Shown in pieces: positions 8,833 to 19,305 of a stretch of 64,000 bases of DNA. A model generated the notes under the pieces. It saw only the letters and a program-made list of their open reading frames with translations, ran no database searches and was not told the DNA's origin. Position numbers and translations under genes: made by a program. This DNA comes from an uncultured bacterium (GTDB lineage: Bacteria > Krumholzibacteriota > Krumholzibacteriia > Krumholzibacteriales > Krumholzibacteriaceae): positions 192,001-256,000 of the forward strand of contig CAWBAN010000003.1 in the NCBI GenBank assembly GCA_963786935.1, written 5' to 3'. Position 1 is the first letter of the stretch, and each line of letters begins with the position of its first letter.

Positions 8833-11208
8833 GTGAACATGGCACGGAAGGCACGGAAAGGACGCGGTCTCCTCATCACGCTCTGCGTGATCGTCGGAAT
8901 ATTCATCATCGCGGTCGCGGCGGTGCGGCTCTTCCTCACGCGGGATAAGCTGCTCGCGATCGTGATTCCCCGCGTCGAGAAGACGCTCGACGCAAAGGTG
9001 TCGATCGGCGACATCGGGATCAATTTTCCGTTCGGCCTCGGCGTCGACATCACGGCGCTCTCGTTCGAGAAGACGCTCCCCGATACGAGCGCGCTCGCAT
9101 TCACGTCCGAGAAGGTGACGGTGCGCTCGTCCCTCATGTCGCTCCTCCGGCGCAAGCCCGAGATCAAGGCGGCGGACGTTCAGGGGGGCTCGGTGACCCT
9201 GACGAATCCGAAGAACGCCCGCGTGATCGAGCTCCGCGGGCTCGGGGCGCAGCTTTCGATGCGGCCGGCGGCGGAGGTGTTCGCGCTGAGCGCGAAGGCG
9301 GTCGCCGATTCCGTGCTCGTGTCGGCGATCGGCGCTCCCCCGGCCCTGACGCTCGAGAAGGTCGGCTTCGACGGCGAGATCGAGAGCGACAAGGATATGA
9401 CGCGGATCGTCATCAAGAAATCGAAGCTGAGCTGGGGGGACCTCGTCGCCGCGACGATCGAGGGAGAGGTGACGAACGCGCGGACGGAGCCCCGCGTGGC
9501 GCTGACCATCGAGGCGGCCGACAAGCCGCTCGGGCCGGTTCTCGAGAAGATCAGGACCTTCAAGCTCGCCGAGCTCTCGCCGGCGAAGGCGCAGGCGGCC
9601 GCGCCGCGGCAGGCCCAAACGCCGGTCGAGATCACGGGCGGCGCGTTCGGTTTCAACGCGCGGATCGAGGGGCTCGCGAAGCAGCCTCTCGCGATGAGCA
9701 TCGTCTTCGGCGGGCACCTCAAGGACGCGGGCGTACAGTCGGGGGATCTCGCCACGATCGGCGCTCTAAACGCCGAGTTCAAGGGACAGGGAGTCGCGCT
9801 CGCGTGGTTGGGGCTCTTCCCCGGCCTCGAGAAGCCCGTGACGCCGGCCGAGATCGCCATGGCGTGGCAGGCGGTCGAGCTCGACGCCACGGTCGAGATC
9901 GAGCGAGGGGAGTTCGTTCTGCAGGGCGCGGGCGCACGGGCGGGAGCCGCTGCCGCGCAGACGGCCGCGGGGCAGGCCGCGGGCTCGGGCCCGACCGCCG
10001 CGGGCGCCTCGCCGCAGCCCATTCGCGTGTCCTCGGCGAAGGCGCGCGTCGAGCTCTCGGGTCCCGACGTGAAAAAGCTGTCGGGCGAGTTCTTCATCGG
10101 CGCGTCGCCGTACCGCTTCGAGGGATCGATGATCAACATCATGCCCGCGGCGGCCGAGCTCGCCCTCGTCGGGAAGCGGCTCGTGGCGTCGGGGCAGAAA
10201 CAGCTTCCCGATCCGGGAACGGTCCTCGACGGATTGGCGAACGCTCCCGTCGTGAAGCTCGAGATTTCGGGCCGCGCCTTCGACGCGCAGCCGTATCAAA
10301 AACCGCTCTTCGGTTCCTCGGGAGGCGCGGCGAGCCCGGCTCCGGCCGCGCAGCCTCCGGCGCAGGCGCAGGCGCCTTCGAGCGCCCCCGCCGCGGCGCT
10401 CCTGTTCCTGAAGAACACGACCTTCACCGCGAAGCTCGATTCGATCATCACGCGCGAAGCGGTGTTCACCGAGCTCGAGGGAAAGGGGACGATCCGCGAC
10501 GGACGCATCAGGATCGAGCCCGCGACGTTCAAATACGCCGGCGGCAAGGGAGCGGCGACGGTGAGCGTCGACGCTCGCAAAACCGCGCGCGTCGAGACGA
10601 AGCTCGATCTCTCGATAGACGGAATCGAGGCTTCCCAGGCGCTCGGGAGAATCAGCTCGAGAGGGGATCTGGTGCAGGGGAAGTTCTCGTTCAAGTCGAA
10701 CGGGTCGGTCGCGACGGGGCCGGGCATCAATCCCGTCATGGCGCTCTCGGCCGCGGGAGCGGCGCTCTCGAGCAAGGGCTCCGTGAGCATCGGCACATTT
10801 ATCGAGCCGCTGGCGAAGATTCCGGGATTCGACGTCACCCCGTTCCGGGAGTTCAGCTTCAAGGATTGGACGGGGAACTTCGTCGTGAGGGACGGGCGGT
10901 GCGCCACGGATGACTGGAAGGTGGCCTCGTCCCGCGGCGACTGGACGATCAAGGGATCGTTCGGATTCGACGGCACGCTCGATTACGCGGTACACGTCGT
11001 CCTGCCGCCGTCCGTGCAGGCGCAGATGAAGGGCATCGATCAGTACAAGGCCGCCTTCGATCTCATGCGCGACAAGAGCGGCAACCTCATTCTCGATATC
11101 CACGTCGGAGGCAGCGCGAAGCATCCGTCGGCCACGCTCGATCTCACGAAGGCGAAGAGCAAGGCGCAGGAGCGGGTGCTCGAGGGACTGAGGAAGCTCT
11201 TGAAGTGA
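8833..11208 (+). CDS. AsmA family protein
   Basis: N-terminal TM anchor, long beta-rich body, AsmA-like C-terminus (GSFGFDGTLDY...IHVGGSAKHP). Confidence 0.75.
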   Translation: MNMARKARKGRGLLITLCVIVGIFIIAVAAVRLFLTRDKLLAIVIPRVEKTLDAKVSIGDIGINFPFGLGVDITALSFEKTLPDTSALAFTSEKVTVRSSLMSLLRRKPEIKAADVQGGSVTLTNPKNARVIELRGLGAQLSMRPAAEVFALSAKAVADSVLVSAIGAPPALTLEKVGFDGEIESDKDMTRIVIKKSKLSWGDLVAATIEGEVTNARTEPRVALTIEAADKPLGPVLEKIRTFKLAELSPAKAQAAAPRQAQTPVEITGGAFGFNARIEGLAKQPLAMSIVFGGHLKDAGVQSGDLATIGALNAEFKGQGVALAWLGLFPGLEKPVTPAEIAMAWQAVELDATVEIERGEFVLQGAGARAGAAAAQTAAGQAAGSGPTAAGASPQPIRVSSAKARVELSGPDVKKLSGEFFIGASPYRFEGSMINIMPAAAELALVGKRLVASGQKQLPDPGTVLDGLANAPVVKLEISGRAFDAQPYQKPLFGSSGGAASPAPAAQPPAQAQAPSSAPAAALLFLKNTTFTAKLDSIITREAVFTELEGKGTIRDGRIRIEPATFKYAGGKGAATVSVDARKTARVETKLDLSIDGIEASQALGRISSRGDLVQGKFSFKSNGSVATGPGINPVMALSAAGAALSSKGSVSIGTFIEPLAKIPGFDVTPFREFSFKDWTGNFVVRDGRCATDDWKVASSRGDWTIKGSFGFDGTLDYAVHVVLPPSVQAQMKGIDQYKAAFDLMRDKSGNLILDIHVGGSAKHPSATLDLTKAKSKAQERVLEGLRKLLK

Positions 11209-11290
11209 CGCGCAGCGGATCCGCCGTTCGATGCGCGGCCCGCCGCCGGCCGCCTCCGCGGCGGCGGGGTGGGACGGCCGCAAAAACGAA

Positions 11291-11334
11291 GGCCCCCCGG
11301 GAGGCGCGGTCCATCCGCGCATTCCCGAGGGGCC
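11291..11334. terminator. GC-rich hairpin between convergent genes
   Basis: Imperfect inverted repeat GGCCCC...GGGGCC between the AsmA and Ig-lipoprotein stop codons. Confidence 0.4.
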
Positions 11335-11368
11335 GAACGTTGTGCTATCCCGTCAGGCGATCCTCAAC

Positions 11369-12199
11369 CTAGTAGTTGATGGCCGACTCGCGACCGGTCA
11401 CGTTGACGACCGGGAAGCCGACGTCGCACGACGCGATGCCGAGCGAACCGTTCGGGTTCGCCTCGAACTTGAACGACAGGTTCTCCAGGTTCTCGAGCAG
11501 AAGCATGTCGAACGAAGCGACGAGCACCGGCTCGGGACCGTACATGGGCCTGCTGAAGCTAAGCGCCATTCCGGAGAACAGGTCGCCGAGGGTCACGGCA
11601 ACGTGATCGGGAATCGTGACGCTCGTGATCGCGTACTGCGTGCCCGCATCGAGATCGGCGTTGGCGATGTCGGCGATGCGAAGTTTGAACTCGCACGCCT
11701 GCGCGCAGTTCACATCGACCTCGTCGAGCATGATGAACACGTAGCAGTTGACCGGCGTCCACGCGGCCGTCGAGGACTGGCAAACGGTCGCCGATCCGTC
11801 GAAGAACACGGCGAGCGACGGATTGGCCGGCTCGCTGACGTTCATGTCGAACGCCTTGTCGACCGTTTTCGCCGTCGGCGAGCTGTCGGTCGCACGGACC
11901 GTGAAGCTGAAATCGCCCGAGCTCATCACGACGCCGACGAGCTTGCCCTCTTCGGTGAGGACCAGGCCGTTCGGCAGGGGATCGCTACCCGGGGCGAGCG
12001 ACCACACGTAGGGAGCCGTTCCGCCCTGGGCCGCCAGATCGGTGTTATACGGAGAACACGTGTAGCCAACCGGAACCGCCGCGGTCGTTATCTCGTACGT
12101 GACGGACGGCTTCGGAGGCGTCGGGGTCGAATCATCCGAACATGCGGCGAGCATGGACAGAAGAACAAGACCCGCAAAAAGCGCGAAAACCTTCCTCAT
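11369..12199 (-). CDS. Lipoprotein with a putative Ig (He_PIG/cadherin-like) domain
   Basis: Lipobox LAAC; GGTAPYVWS...LPNGLVL...FSFTVRATDS; GGAGG upstream of ATG at 12199. Confidence 0.8.
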   Translation of the reverse strand: MRKVFALFAGLVLLSMLAACSDDSTPTPPKPSVTYEITTAAVPVGYTCSPYNTDLAAQGGTAPYVWSLAPGSDPLPNGLVLTEEGKLVGVVMSSGDFSFTVRATDSSPTAKTVDKAFDMNVSEPANPSLAVFFDGSATVCQSSTAAWTPVNCYVFIMLDEVDVNCAQACEFKLRIADIANADLDAGTQYAITSVTIPDHVAVTLGDLFSGMALSFSRPMYGPEPVLVASFDMLLLENLENLSFKFEANPNGSLGIASCDVGFPVVNVTGRESAINY

Positions 12200-12261
12200 C
12201 TCAGGACCTCCTTCTCCTTTTTCCAGGTTACAAATCCTGTTAACCCCTCGCCGATGCAATC

Positions 12262-12277
12262 AGCAAAGCGTGTGCCA
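12262..12277 (-). promoter_or_regulatory. Sigma-54 (-24/-12) promoter
   Basis: Minus strand reads TGGCAC-ACGCT-TTGCT, with GG-N10-GC spacing, about 60 bp upstream of the Ig lipoprotein. Confidence 0.75.
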
Positions 12278-12623
12278 TGACGTTTCGCGGGGGACGTGGG
12301 CGGCGTATCTCGTTGCGCGCGAACGGATTGGGTCGAGTCGATAATCGCTTTCAATGGGCGGGAATTGCCGATCCATTCTCATTATGCCACGGATAGGAGA
12401 GAGGGGCGTCGCGCTTCTGGATTGGGGCGCAAAGCTCCCCGGCGCCCGCCGCACTGCCGCGGAGCGGCGTGTCCAGTTGCGCTTGCGCGCTCGGGCGCAT
12501 TCTATTACCATGAGCGGGACAAGAGGCGCCGCCCGGCGACGGGCGCCCTCGAAGGGCCGGCAAACGGTGGTTTCCCGGTCTCGACGGGCCTCGGCGCCGA
12601 GGGCTTTCGAACGGAGGCATCAG

Positions 12624-13181
12624 ATGGGCGTTGGTTTGATCGTATTGATAATCCTCGTCGTGCTCGTTTTCGTCGCGATCGGGATATTCAACAATCTCGT
12701 CGTCCTGCGGAAGCGGTGCGACAGCGCGTGGGCGCAGATCGACGTGCAGCTCAAGCGGCGGTACGATCTGATCCCGAATCTCGTCGAGACGGCGAAGGGG
12801 TATCTCAAGCACGAGCGCGAGGTGCTCGAGAACGTGACGAAGGCGCGCCAGCAGGCGATCGACGTGTCGGGCGTCAAGGAGCAGGCGCAGGCGGAGAACA
12901 TGCTCACGAGCACGCTCCGCTCGCTCTTCGCGGTCGCCGAGAGCTACCCGGATCTCAAGGCGAACACGAACATGCTCGCCCTCCAGGAGGAGCTCGCCTC
13001 GACGGAGAACAAGATCTCCTTCTCGCGGCAGCACTATAACGAGGTCGTCCTCGATTACAACACGAAGATCGAGCAGGTTCCGTCGAACATATTCGCCACG
13101 ATGTTCAACTTCAAGGCGCGCGAGTTCTTCGAGATCGAGGAGCCGGCGCAGAAGCAGCCGCCGAAGGTGAGTTTCTCGTAA
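12624..13181 (+). CDS. lemA: LemA family protein
   Basis: N-terminal TM helix, [31 protein letters not shown] and ENKI...R..YN motifs. Confidence 0.95.
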   Translation: MGVGLIVLIILVVLVFVAIGIFNNLVVLRKRCDSAWAQIDVQLKRRYDLIPNLVETAKGYLKHEREVLENVTKARQQAIDVSGVKEQAQAENMLTSTLRSLFAVAESYPDLKANTNMLALQEELASTENKISFSRQHYNEVVLDYNTKIEQVPSNIFATMFNFKAREFFEIEEPAQKQPPKVSFS

Positions 13182-14089
13182 TGGAAAACCTGTACACGGC
13201 CATGTCGGCCAACAAGCGGAACTCGTTCTTCATCACGGTCGCGATCACCGCCGTGCTCGTCGTGCTCGGCTATCTCCTCGGGCAGTACTGGGGATCGGGC
13301 TACGCGGGCATCGCCATCGCGGTCCTCATCTCGCTCGTCATGTCGCTCTCGGCGTACTACGCCGGCGACAAGATGGTGCTCGGGGTGAGCCGCGCGAAGC
13401 GCATCGAGAAGAAGGACTATCCGCAGCTCTTTAACGTCATCGAGGAGCTCGCCATCGCGGGCGGGCTCCCGATGCCGGCGGTCTACGTGATCGACGACAC
13501 GGCGCCGAACGCCTTCGCCACGGGGCGCGATCCGAAGCACGCGTCCGTGGCCATAACGACGGGGCTCATGCAGAAGCTCAACCGTGACGAGCTCCAGGGG
13601 GTCATGGCGCACGAGCTCTCGCACGTCGGGAACCGCGACATCCTCTACGCGACGATGGTGGGGATTCTCGTCGGGTCGATCGCGATGATGAGCGATTTCT
13701 TCCTCCGGAGCTTCTTCTGGGGAGGTGGGAGGCGCCGGCGGAGCGACGGCGAGGGAGGAGGGGCCGGGGGCGCGATTCTACTCGTTGTCGCGATCGTGCT
13801 CGCGATTCTCGCCCCGATCTGCGCGAAGCTCCTGCAGCTCGCCGTTTCGCGGCAGCGGGAATTTCTCGCCGACGCCTCGGCCGCGAAGCTCACCCGCTAT
13901 CCCGAGGGGCTCGCCTCGGCGCTCCAGAAGATCGCCGGGGACAAGGAGGTGCTCGAGGTGGCGAACCGCGCCACGAGCCACCTCTACATCGTGAATCCGA
14001 TCAAGCCGTTCGAGAAGCGCGCGAGCAGCCTTTTCAGCACGCACCCCCCTATACAGGAGCGCATCGCGCGGCTGCGGGCGATCCGGTAG
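13181..14089 (+). CDS. htpX: M48 zinc metalloprotease, HtpX-like
   Basis: PNAFATG, HELSH, SRQREFLAD and FSTHPP; translationally coupled to lemA. Confidence 0.92.
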   Translation: MENLYTAMSANKRNSFFITVAITAVLVVLGYLLGQYWGSGYAGIAIAVLISLVMSLSAYYAGDKMVLGVSRAKRIEKKDYPQLFNVIEELAIAGGLPMPAVYVIDDTAPNAFATGRDPKHASVAITTGLMQKLNRDELQGVMAHELSHVGNRDILYATMVGILVGSIAMMSDFFLRSFFWGGGRRRRSDGEGGGAGGAILLVVAIVLAILAPICAKLLQLAVSRQREFLADASAAKLTRYPEGLASALQKIAGDKEVLEVANRATSHLYIVNPIKPFEKRASSLFSTHPPIQERIARLRAIR

Positions 14090-14138
14090 CGCCCGCGGGG
14101 CGGCCCGGCGCCGGCGCACCCGCCGCGGCCCGGCGCGG

Positions 14139-15119
14139 TCAAGCGGCGTGCGGCTCGTCGATCAGGAGCTTTCCCCGGTCCATGATCAATCTCCCGTCGA
14201 GCTCGACGGTCGGATTCATCACGATGCCGTCGAGATGGACCGGCACGTCGACCGTTCCTCCCATCGACATGTTGTTCCCGAGCGCGATGTGGATCGTTCC
14301 CATGATCTTCTCGTCCTCGAGGATGGAGCCGGTGATGCGGGCGGCGTCGTTCGTCCCGATGCCGAACTCGGCGACGTTGAACGCCTTCTTGCCGAGCGGC
14401 TCGAGCTTCTCCCGCAGCGCCGCCGCCTCGGCGCCTCCCGTGATCTCGACGGCGGAGCCGTTCTTGACCCGGATCGTGATCGGCTTCCTTCCGGTCAGCG
14501 TGCCGATGCCCGACATCGAGCCGTCGACGACGAAGACGCCGTTGGATGCGCCCTCGACGGGCATGAGGTACGCCTCGCCGGAGGGGAGGTTGCCGAAGCC
14601 GCCGGGCTCGTGGATGAGCCCCGTCGAGGCGATCGCCTTGATTCCTTCGATCGGGAGCGTGATGTCGGTTCCGGCCGGCGTCGTCACGCGGAGGAGCGTG
14701 CCCGCGGTGAGCAGCTCCGTGGCGCGCTTCGTGCGCTCGGCGATCGCGTAGTAGTCGGCGTTGAGGCAGCGGATCATCGTCTCGCGGAGAATGCCGGGCA
14801 TCGTCGCGACGCGCGAGCCCGCCTTGCACGCCTCGCGGCGTGCGGCCGTATGGGTGAGCGAGCGCGCCGTGGGGATCACGACGACCTTCGCGTGGGCCAT
14901 GGCGCTCGAGACGGATTCGGGCGGCTCCTCGCCGTCGCGGCTCCGCACTTCCATTTCCATGACGACCGGGTCGTTCCCGAGGGAAAGCGCCGCCTCGCGG
15001 AGCGCCCCGCCGATCTCGCGGAGCTTCGTGTCGGTGACGATGAGGAGCGATTCCCCCCGCTGGAGCTTCAGGCAGTCCCTCAGGGCGATCGTCGCGGCGT
15101 TGAGCAGTTCCTGGTCCAT
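14139..15119 (-). CDS. Aminopeptidase (M29/aminopeptidase T-like)
   Basis: NLPSGE, VAEFGIGTN, ILEDEKIMGTIHIALG and HLDG motifs. Confidence 0.85.
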   Translation of the reverse strand: MDQELLNAATIALRDCLKLQRGESLLIVTDTKLREIGGALREAALSLGNDPVVMEMEVRSRDGEEPPESVSSAMAHAKVVVIPTARSLTHTAARREACKAGSRVATMPGILRETMIRCLNADYYAIAERTKRATELLTAGTLLRVTTPAGTDITLPIEGIKAIASTGLIHEPGGFGNLPSGEAYLMPVEGASNGVFVVDGSMSGIGTLTGRKPITIRVKNGSAVEITGGAEAAALREKLEPLGKKAFNVAEFGIGTNDAARITGSILEDEKIMGTIHIALGNNMSMGGTVDVPVHLDGIVMNPTVELDGRLIMDRGKLLIDEPHAA

Positions 15120-15129
15120 GGTTCCTCCC

Positions 15130-16158
15130 TTATCGCGAGCGAAATTCCTGCGGCATTTCGGCGGTCGCGGTGATCTCCTTGCCGGTCACGGGATGGGCGA
15201 ATCGCAGCTTCCAGGCGTGGAGGTAGAGCCTCCCGCCCGAGCTCGACGACGCGCCGTACTCCTTGTCGCCGGCGATCGGGTGCCCGATCGAGGCGAGGTG
15301 CGCCCGGATCTGGTGCGTCCGTCCGGTGCGCATCGACACCTCGAGCAGCGTCCGGTCGCCGGGCAGCATCCTGACGATCGTGTACGTCGTGCGGGCATCC
15401 TTGCCGTCCGCGGCGATCGTCGTATGCGATTTCGTTCCCTTGCTCGTGACGAGCGGCGCGGCGATTTCGCCCGACGGCGCCGGCGGCGTCCCCTCGACGA
15501 CGGCGAGGTACGTCTTTCGCACATCGCCGCTCGAGAGCGCCCTGCTCAGGACGCGCGCGGCGGCTCTCGTCTTGGCCACGATGAGAGCCCCGCTCGTGAG
15601 CCGGTCGAGCCGGTGCACGGGGGTGTAGGGGAAATGGATCCCCGGCGCAGCGCCCCCCGCGGCGCCGCCGTCCGATCCCTCGCCGGGCGTCCGCAGATCG
15701 AGCAGGTACTGCCGCTCGTCCTGGTTCCGCCGGGCCCTCGTCGCTCCGGGCCGCGCCCCGGTTTTCTTCCGGCGGTATTCTTCGAGCAGGTCGAGGAGAG
15801 AGCCCTTCTCCTTCTGGTTGCCCGGCTGCACGACGAGCCCCGTGGGCTTGTCGATGACGAGGATCGAAAGGTCCTCGTAAATGACGCGGATGTCCCTGCC
15901 GATGCCCCCGGCGCGTTTCGCCCGCCGCGGCGCGGCGGGCGCCGGCTTCCGGCTCTCCTCGAACTCGGCGAGGTCGATCGCGACGACGTCGCCCGCCTTG
16001 AGCCGGGCGTTCCCGAGCGCCTTCGAGCCGTTGAGAAAGATGAGCCCCTTGCGCAGCAGGATCTGCGTGACGCCGAAGGGCATGCCGGGAAGGGAGGCCC
16101 TGATGAAACGGTCGAGCCGCGATCCGTGCCATTCCCCCGTGATCGAGAAACGTCTCAT
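15130..16158 (-). CDS. RluA/RluC family pseudouridine synthase
   Basis: N-terminal S4-like domain, DKPTG, VHRLDRLTSG, TGRTHQIRAH, GDKEY and LHAW. Confidence 0.93.
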   Translation of the reverse strand: MRRFSITGEWHGSRLDRFIRASLPGMPFGVTQILLRKGLIFLNGSKALGNARLKAGDVVAIDLAEFEESRKPAPAAPRRAKRAGGIGRDIRVIYEDLSILVIDKPTGLVVQPGNQKEKGSLLDLLEEYRRKKTGARPGATRARRNQDERQYLLDLRTPGEGSDGGAAGGAAPGIHFPYTPVHRLDRLTSGALIVAKTRAAARVLSRALSSGDVRKTYLAVVEGTPPAPSGEIAAPLVTSKGTKSHTTIAADGKDARTTYTIVRMLPGDRTLLEVSMRTGRTHQIRAHLASIGHPIAGDKEYGASSSSGGRLYLHAWKLRFAHPVTGKEITATAEMPQEFRSR

Positions 16159-17666
16159 GGTTCCAGTTTCTCCATTCGCATAATCCTCGGCATTTCGCCG
16201 CTGTAGGACACGTAGAGACAGGGCGCGCCGCGAAGCGCCTCGTCGCGCCCCGCCGCCGCGTAGGCCGTCCGCCCGGGGCGCTCGAGCTCGATCGCGTCGG
16301 CGAGATAGGGGAAGGCGAGCGGCGGTTCCTTGACGGCGAGCCTGGTGAATCCCGGAAACCGGTCGCTCTCCTCGACGATCGTCCGGACGACCTCCCGGTA
16401 CATCATCGTGAATTCATCCCATTTTTTCTCGAGCCGCGCGTCCCGCACGAGCGATCCCGCGCACAGGATCGCGAATATCGCGATCGCCGCTCCCTGCCGC
16501 GCGCGGGCGCGCTCTTTCCAGAGCATCGAGAGCAGGAGCGTCGCGACGAGGACCGTTCCGACCGACGACAGGTAATAGTACCGGTCCTGGCTGATCGAAT
16601 CGGTCGAGAAGAAGCGGTAGCGGAAGAGCGAAGCGGGAAGGAGCGCGAGCAGGGACCAGCCGACGGCGAGGATCATCGCCCGCAGGCGCTTGCCGGCCCA
16701 GCCGGCCGCGACGAGCACGACGAGCACGGGAATCGCGGCGAGCTCGGGACCGAGGGCGCCCGTCGGCTCGGGGATATAGTTCCCGGCGGGATAGACGAGC
16801 GAGAAGAGCGGCCACGGATAGAGCTGGAAGATGAAGCCGGCGGCGACGTTCCTCGCGGCGTGCGCGCCGGGCCCCCAATTATCCTGGAAGAATCCCCCCA
16901 TGAACGCCTGCCGGAGAATCAGATAGAGAATCGAGACGGCGGCGAAGGCGGCGAGGGCGGCCCCGCCGGGCCGGGCGGACGGGATCGACGGGCGGGACGG
17001 GACGCACGGGCCGGACGGGCCGGACTGGACGGACTGGACGGACTGGACGGACTGGCCGGACTGGACGGACCGTCCCTTCATGGCGAAGAGGAGCGCTACG
17101 AGGAGCGCTCCCGCGATCGCCTCCTCCTTCGAGGCGAGGGCGAGGACGTAGAGCGCGGTGGAACCGGCGATCCGGGCCGGCGACGGCGCCGGGCGGGAGA
17201 GCAGGACATCGAGGGACGCCAGCAGAAAGAACGTTGAAAGCAAAGTGGTTCTCGCGCTTATCCACATGACGGCCGACGCATGGACGCTCGTTACGGCGAA
17301 CAGCGCGGCAGCCGCCGCGGCGATCGATTCGCTGCCGAGGAGCTTGAGGATCAGGCGGAACACGAGCACGGTGCACAGCGCGTGAAGGACGATATTGAAG
17401 CCGTAATGGAGGGGGAGGTTGCCCGGTACGGTCTTTTCCATGCAATAAAAGGAGATATTCACGAGCGGCCGGAAGAAATCGACGACCCGGAACGAGAGGA
17501 GGTTGCCCGGATTCATATCGTAGCGCGCCGCCTTGAGCCAGGAGAAGTCGTCGTTGAACAGCCCGTTGTCGAGGATGCCCCGGTACGCGGCGAGGCACAG
17601 CAGGCACAGCAGGATGTAGATCGTGCGCCGGGGCATGGAGCCGGCCGTGATCGCTCGTTCCGGCAT
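16155..17666 (-). CDS. Polytopic membrane glycosyltransferase (GT-C/ArnT-like)
   Basis: DDF, FRPL, WISAR, SKE and RYYY motifs within many TM segments. Confidence 0.75.
   Translation of the reverse strand: MPERAITAGSMPRRTIYILLCLLCLAAYRGILDNGLFNDDFSWLKAARYDMNPGNLLSFRVVDFFRPLVNISFYCMEKTVPGNLPLHYGFNIVLHALCTVLVFRLILKLLGSESIAAAAAALFAVTSVHASAVMWISARTTLLSTFFLLASLDVLLSRPAPSPARIAGSTALYVLALASKEEAIAGALLVALLFAMKGRSVQSGQSVQSVQSVQSGPSGPCVPSRPSIPSARPGGAALAAFAAVSILYLILRQAFMGGFFQDNWGPGAHAARNVAAGFIFQLYPWPLFSLVYPAGNYIPEPTGALGPELAAIPVLVVLVAAGWAGKRLRAMILAVGWSLLALLPASLFRYRFFSTDSISQDRYYYLSSVGTVLVATLLLSMLWKERARARQGAAIAIFAILCAGSLVRDARLEKKWDEFTMMYREVVRTIVEESDRFPGFTRLAVKEPPLAFPYLADAIELERPGRTAYAAAGRDEALRGAPCLYVSYSGEMPRIMRMEKLEP
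17022..17070. repeat. In-frame 9-bp tandem repeat (GGACTGGAC)n
   Basis: About 5 units encoding SVQSGQSVQSVQSVQS in the GT-C protein, decaying towards about 16975. Confidence 0.85.
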
Positions 17667-17822
17667 GGGGGCACCTCCTCGAACCCGTACCACTGTAAGG
17701 GCTCATTTTTCGGTTCGCCAAGCATTATTTCTCGTTGTGATATTTCGGACGCCCCGGTATCATATGCCCATACTGCTCTTCGCGGGCAAGCCAGTCTTAT
17801 TCCGGGAAATTGGAGGTACATC

Positions 17823-19301
17823 GTGAGCGGGCTTTTCGGAGTTGTTTCCACCAATGATTGCTCCGATGTTTTGTACTACGGAACCGATTACCACTCGCAT
17901 CTGGGCACGCAGTTCGGCGGGATCGCGGTGTTGGGGGACGAGTTCACGCGGCAGATTCATCACATCGGACAGAGCCAGTTCAAATCGAAATTCTACGAGG
18001 ACCGCGCCCGTCTGCGCGGCACGAAGGGCATCGGCGTGATCAGCGCGCTCGACGAGCAGCCGATCTATCTCAAATCGAGCTTCGGGCCCTTCTGCATCGC
18101 GACGGACGGCTACATCGACAACGCGAGCGCGCTCGTCGACGATCTGCTCTCGAAAGGCATGTCGTTCAGCGAAGTCGGCGGGAACCGGTTCGTCAACCTC
18201 ACGGAGCTCGCGGCGAAGCTCATCACGCGGGGGAAGGATATCGCGGACGGAATCGATCATCTCTTCGAATCGATCGACGGTTCGTGCTCGCTCCTCCTGC
18301 TGCACGAGGACGGGATCTACGCGGCGCGCGACCGCATGGGATATTCGTCGCTCGCCGTCGCGCGGCGGGGCGGCGAGTGGGCCGTTGCCTCCGAAACGAG
18401 CGCGTTCGCGAACCTCGGATTCGTCGTCGAGAAGTACCTCGAGCCGGGGGAGATCGTGCTCATCGACGAGAGCGGCGTCCACCAGCGGCGTGCCGGCGGA
18501 GCCTCGAACAACATCTGCGCGTTTCTCTGGATCTACACCGGGTTCCCGACGTCGAGCTTCGAGGGGATCAACGTCGAGACGGTCCGCGAGCGCTGCGGAC
18601 AGCGCCTCGCGCGGCGCGACCGGGACATCGAGGTGGACGTCGTCGCCGGCATTCCCGATTCGGGGATCGGCCACGCGCTCGGCTACGCGATGGAGTCGAA
18701 GAAGCCGTTCCGCCGGCCGCTCGTGAAGTACACGCCCGGGTACGGGCGCAGCTATACGCCCCCCTCGCAGGACACGCGCGATCTCGTCGCGAAGATGAAG
18801 CTCATCCCGAACGCCGACGTCATCGCCGGGAACCGGATCGTGATCTGCGAGGATTCGATCGTCCGCGGCACGCAGCTCAAGAACTACACGGTGAAGAAGC
18901 TCTGGGAGGCCGGCGCCCGCGAGGTGCACGCGCGCCCCGCGTGCCCGCCCCTCATGTTCCCGTGCCGCTTCAACCTCTCGACACGGAGCACGGACGAGCT
19001 CGCCGCGCGCCGCGCTATCAGGGCGATCGAAGGGCGGGACATCGACGACGTGTCCGACTACGTCGATTCGCGAACGGATAAATACCGGGCGATGGTCGAC
19101 TGGATCGCCCGCGATCTCGAAGTGACGACGCTCAGGTATCAGACGCTCGACGACATGATCGCTGCGATCGGGCTCGCGAAAGAGCGGCTCTGCCTCTACT
19201 GCTGGACGGGCGAGTATCCGGCTCTCTGGACGAGAGAGCGGGACGCCGCCGCGCCGCGGCGGGCGGAGGGGGAACGGGAGACGGTCGGAGCAGAAAGGTA
19301 G
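17823..19301 (+). CDS. purF: Amidophosphoribosyltransferase variant (Ser instead of Cys1)
   Basis: GGAGG then GTG start, MSGLFG; IPDSG, EDSIVRGT PRPP-binding loop, FPC and CLYC Fe-S cysteines. Confidence 0.9.
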   Translation: MSGLFGVVSTNDCSDVLYYGTDYHSHLGTQFGGIAVLGDEFTRQIHHIGQSQFKSKFYEDRARLRGTKGIGVISALDEQPIYLKSSFGPFCIATDGYIDNASALVDDLLSKGMSFSEVGGNRFVNLTELAAKLITRGKDIADGIDHLFESIDGSCSLLLLHEDGIYAARDRMGYSSLAVARRGGEWAVASETSAFANLGFVVEKYLEPGEIVLIDESGVHQRRAGGASNNICAFLWIYTGFPTSSFEGINVETVRERCGQRLARRDRDIEVDVVAGIPDSGIGHALGYAMESKKPFRRPLVKYTPGYGRSYTPPSQDTRDLVAKMKLIPNADVIAGNRIVICEDSIVRGTQLKNYTVKKLWEAGAREVHARPACPPLMFPCRFNLSTRSTDELAARRAIRAIEGRDIDDVSDYVDSRTDKYRAMVDWIARDLEVTTLRYQTLDDMIAAIGLAKERLCLYCWTGEYPALWTRERDAAAPRRAEGERETVGAER

Positions 19302-19305
19302 CGCG

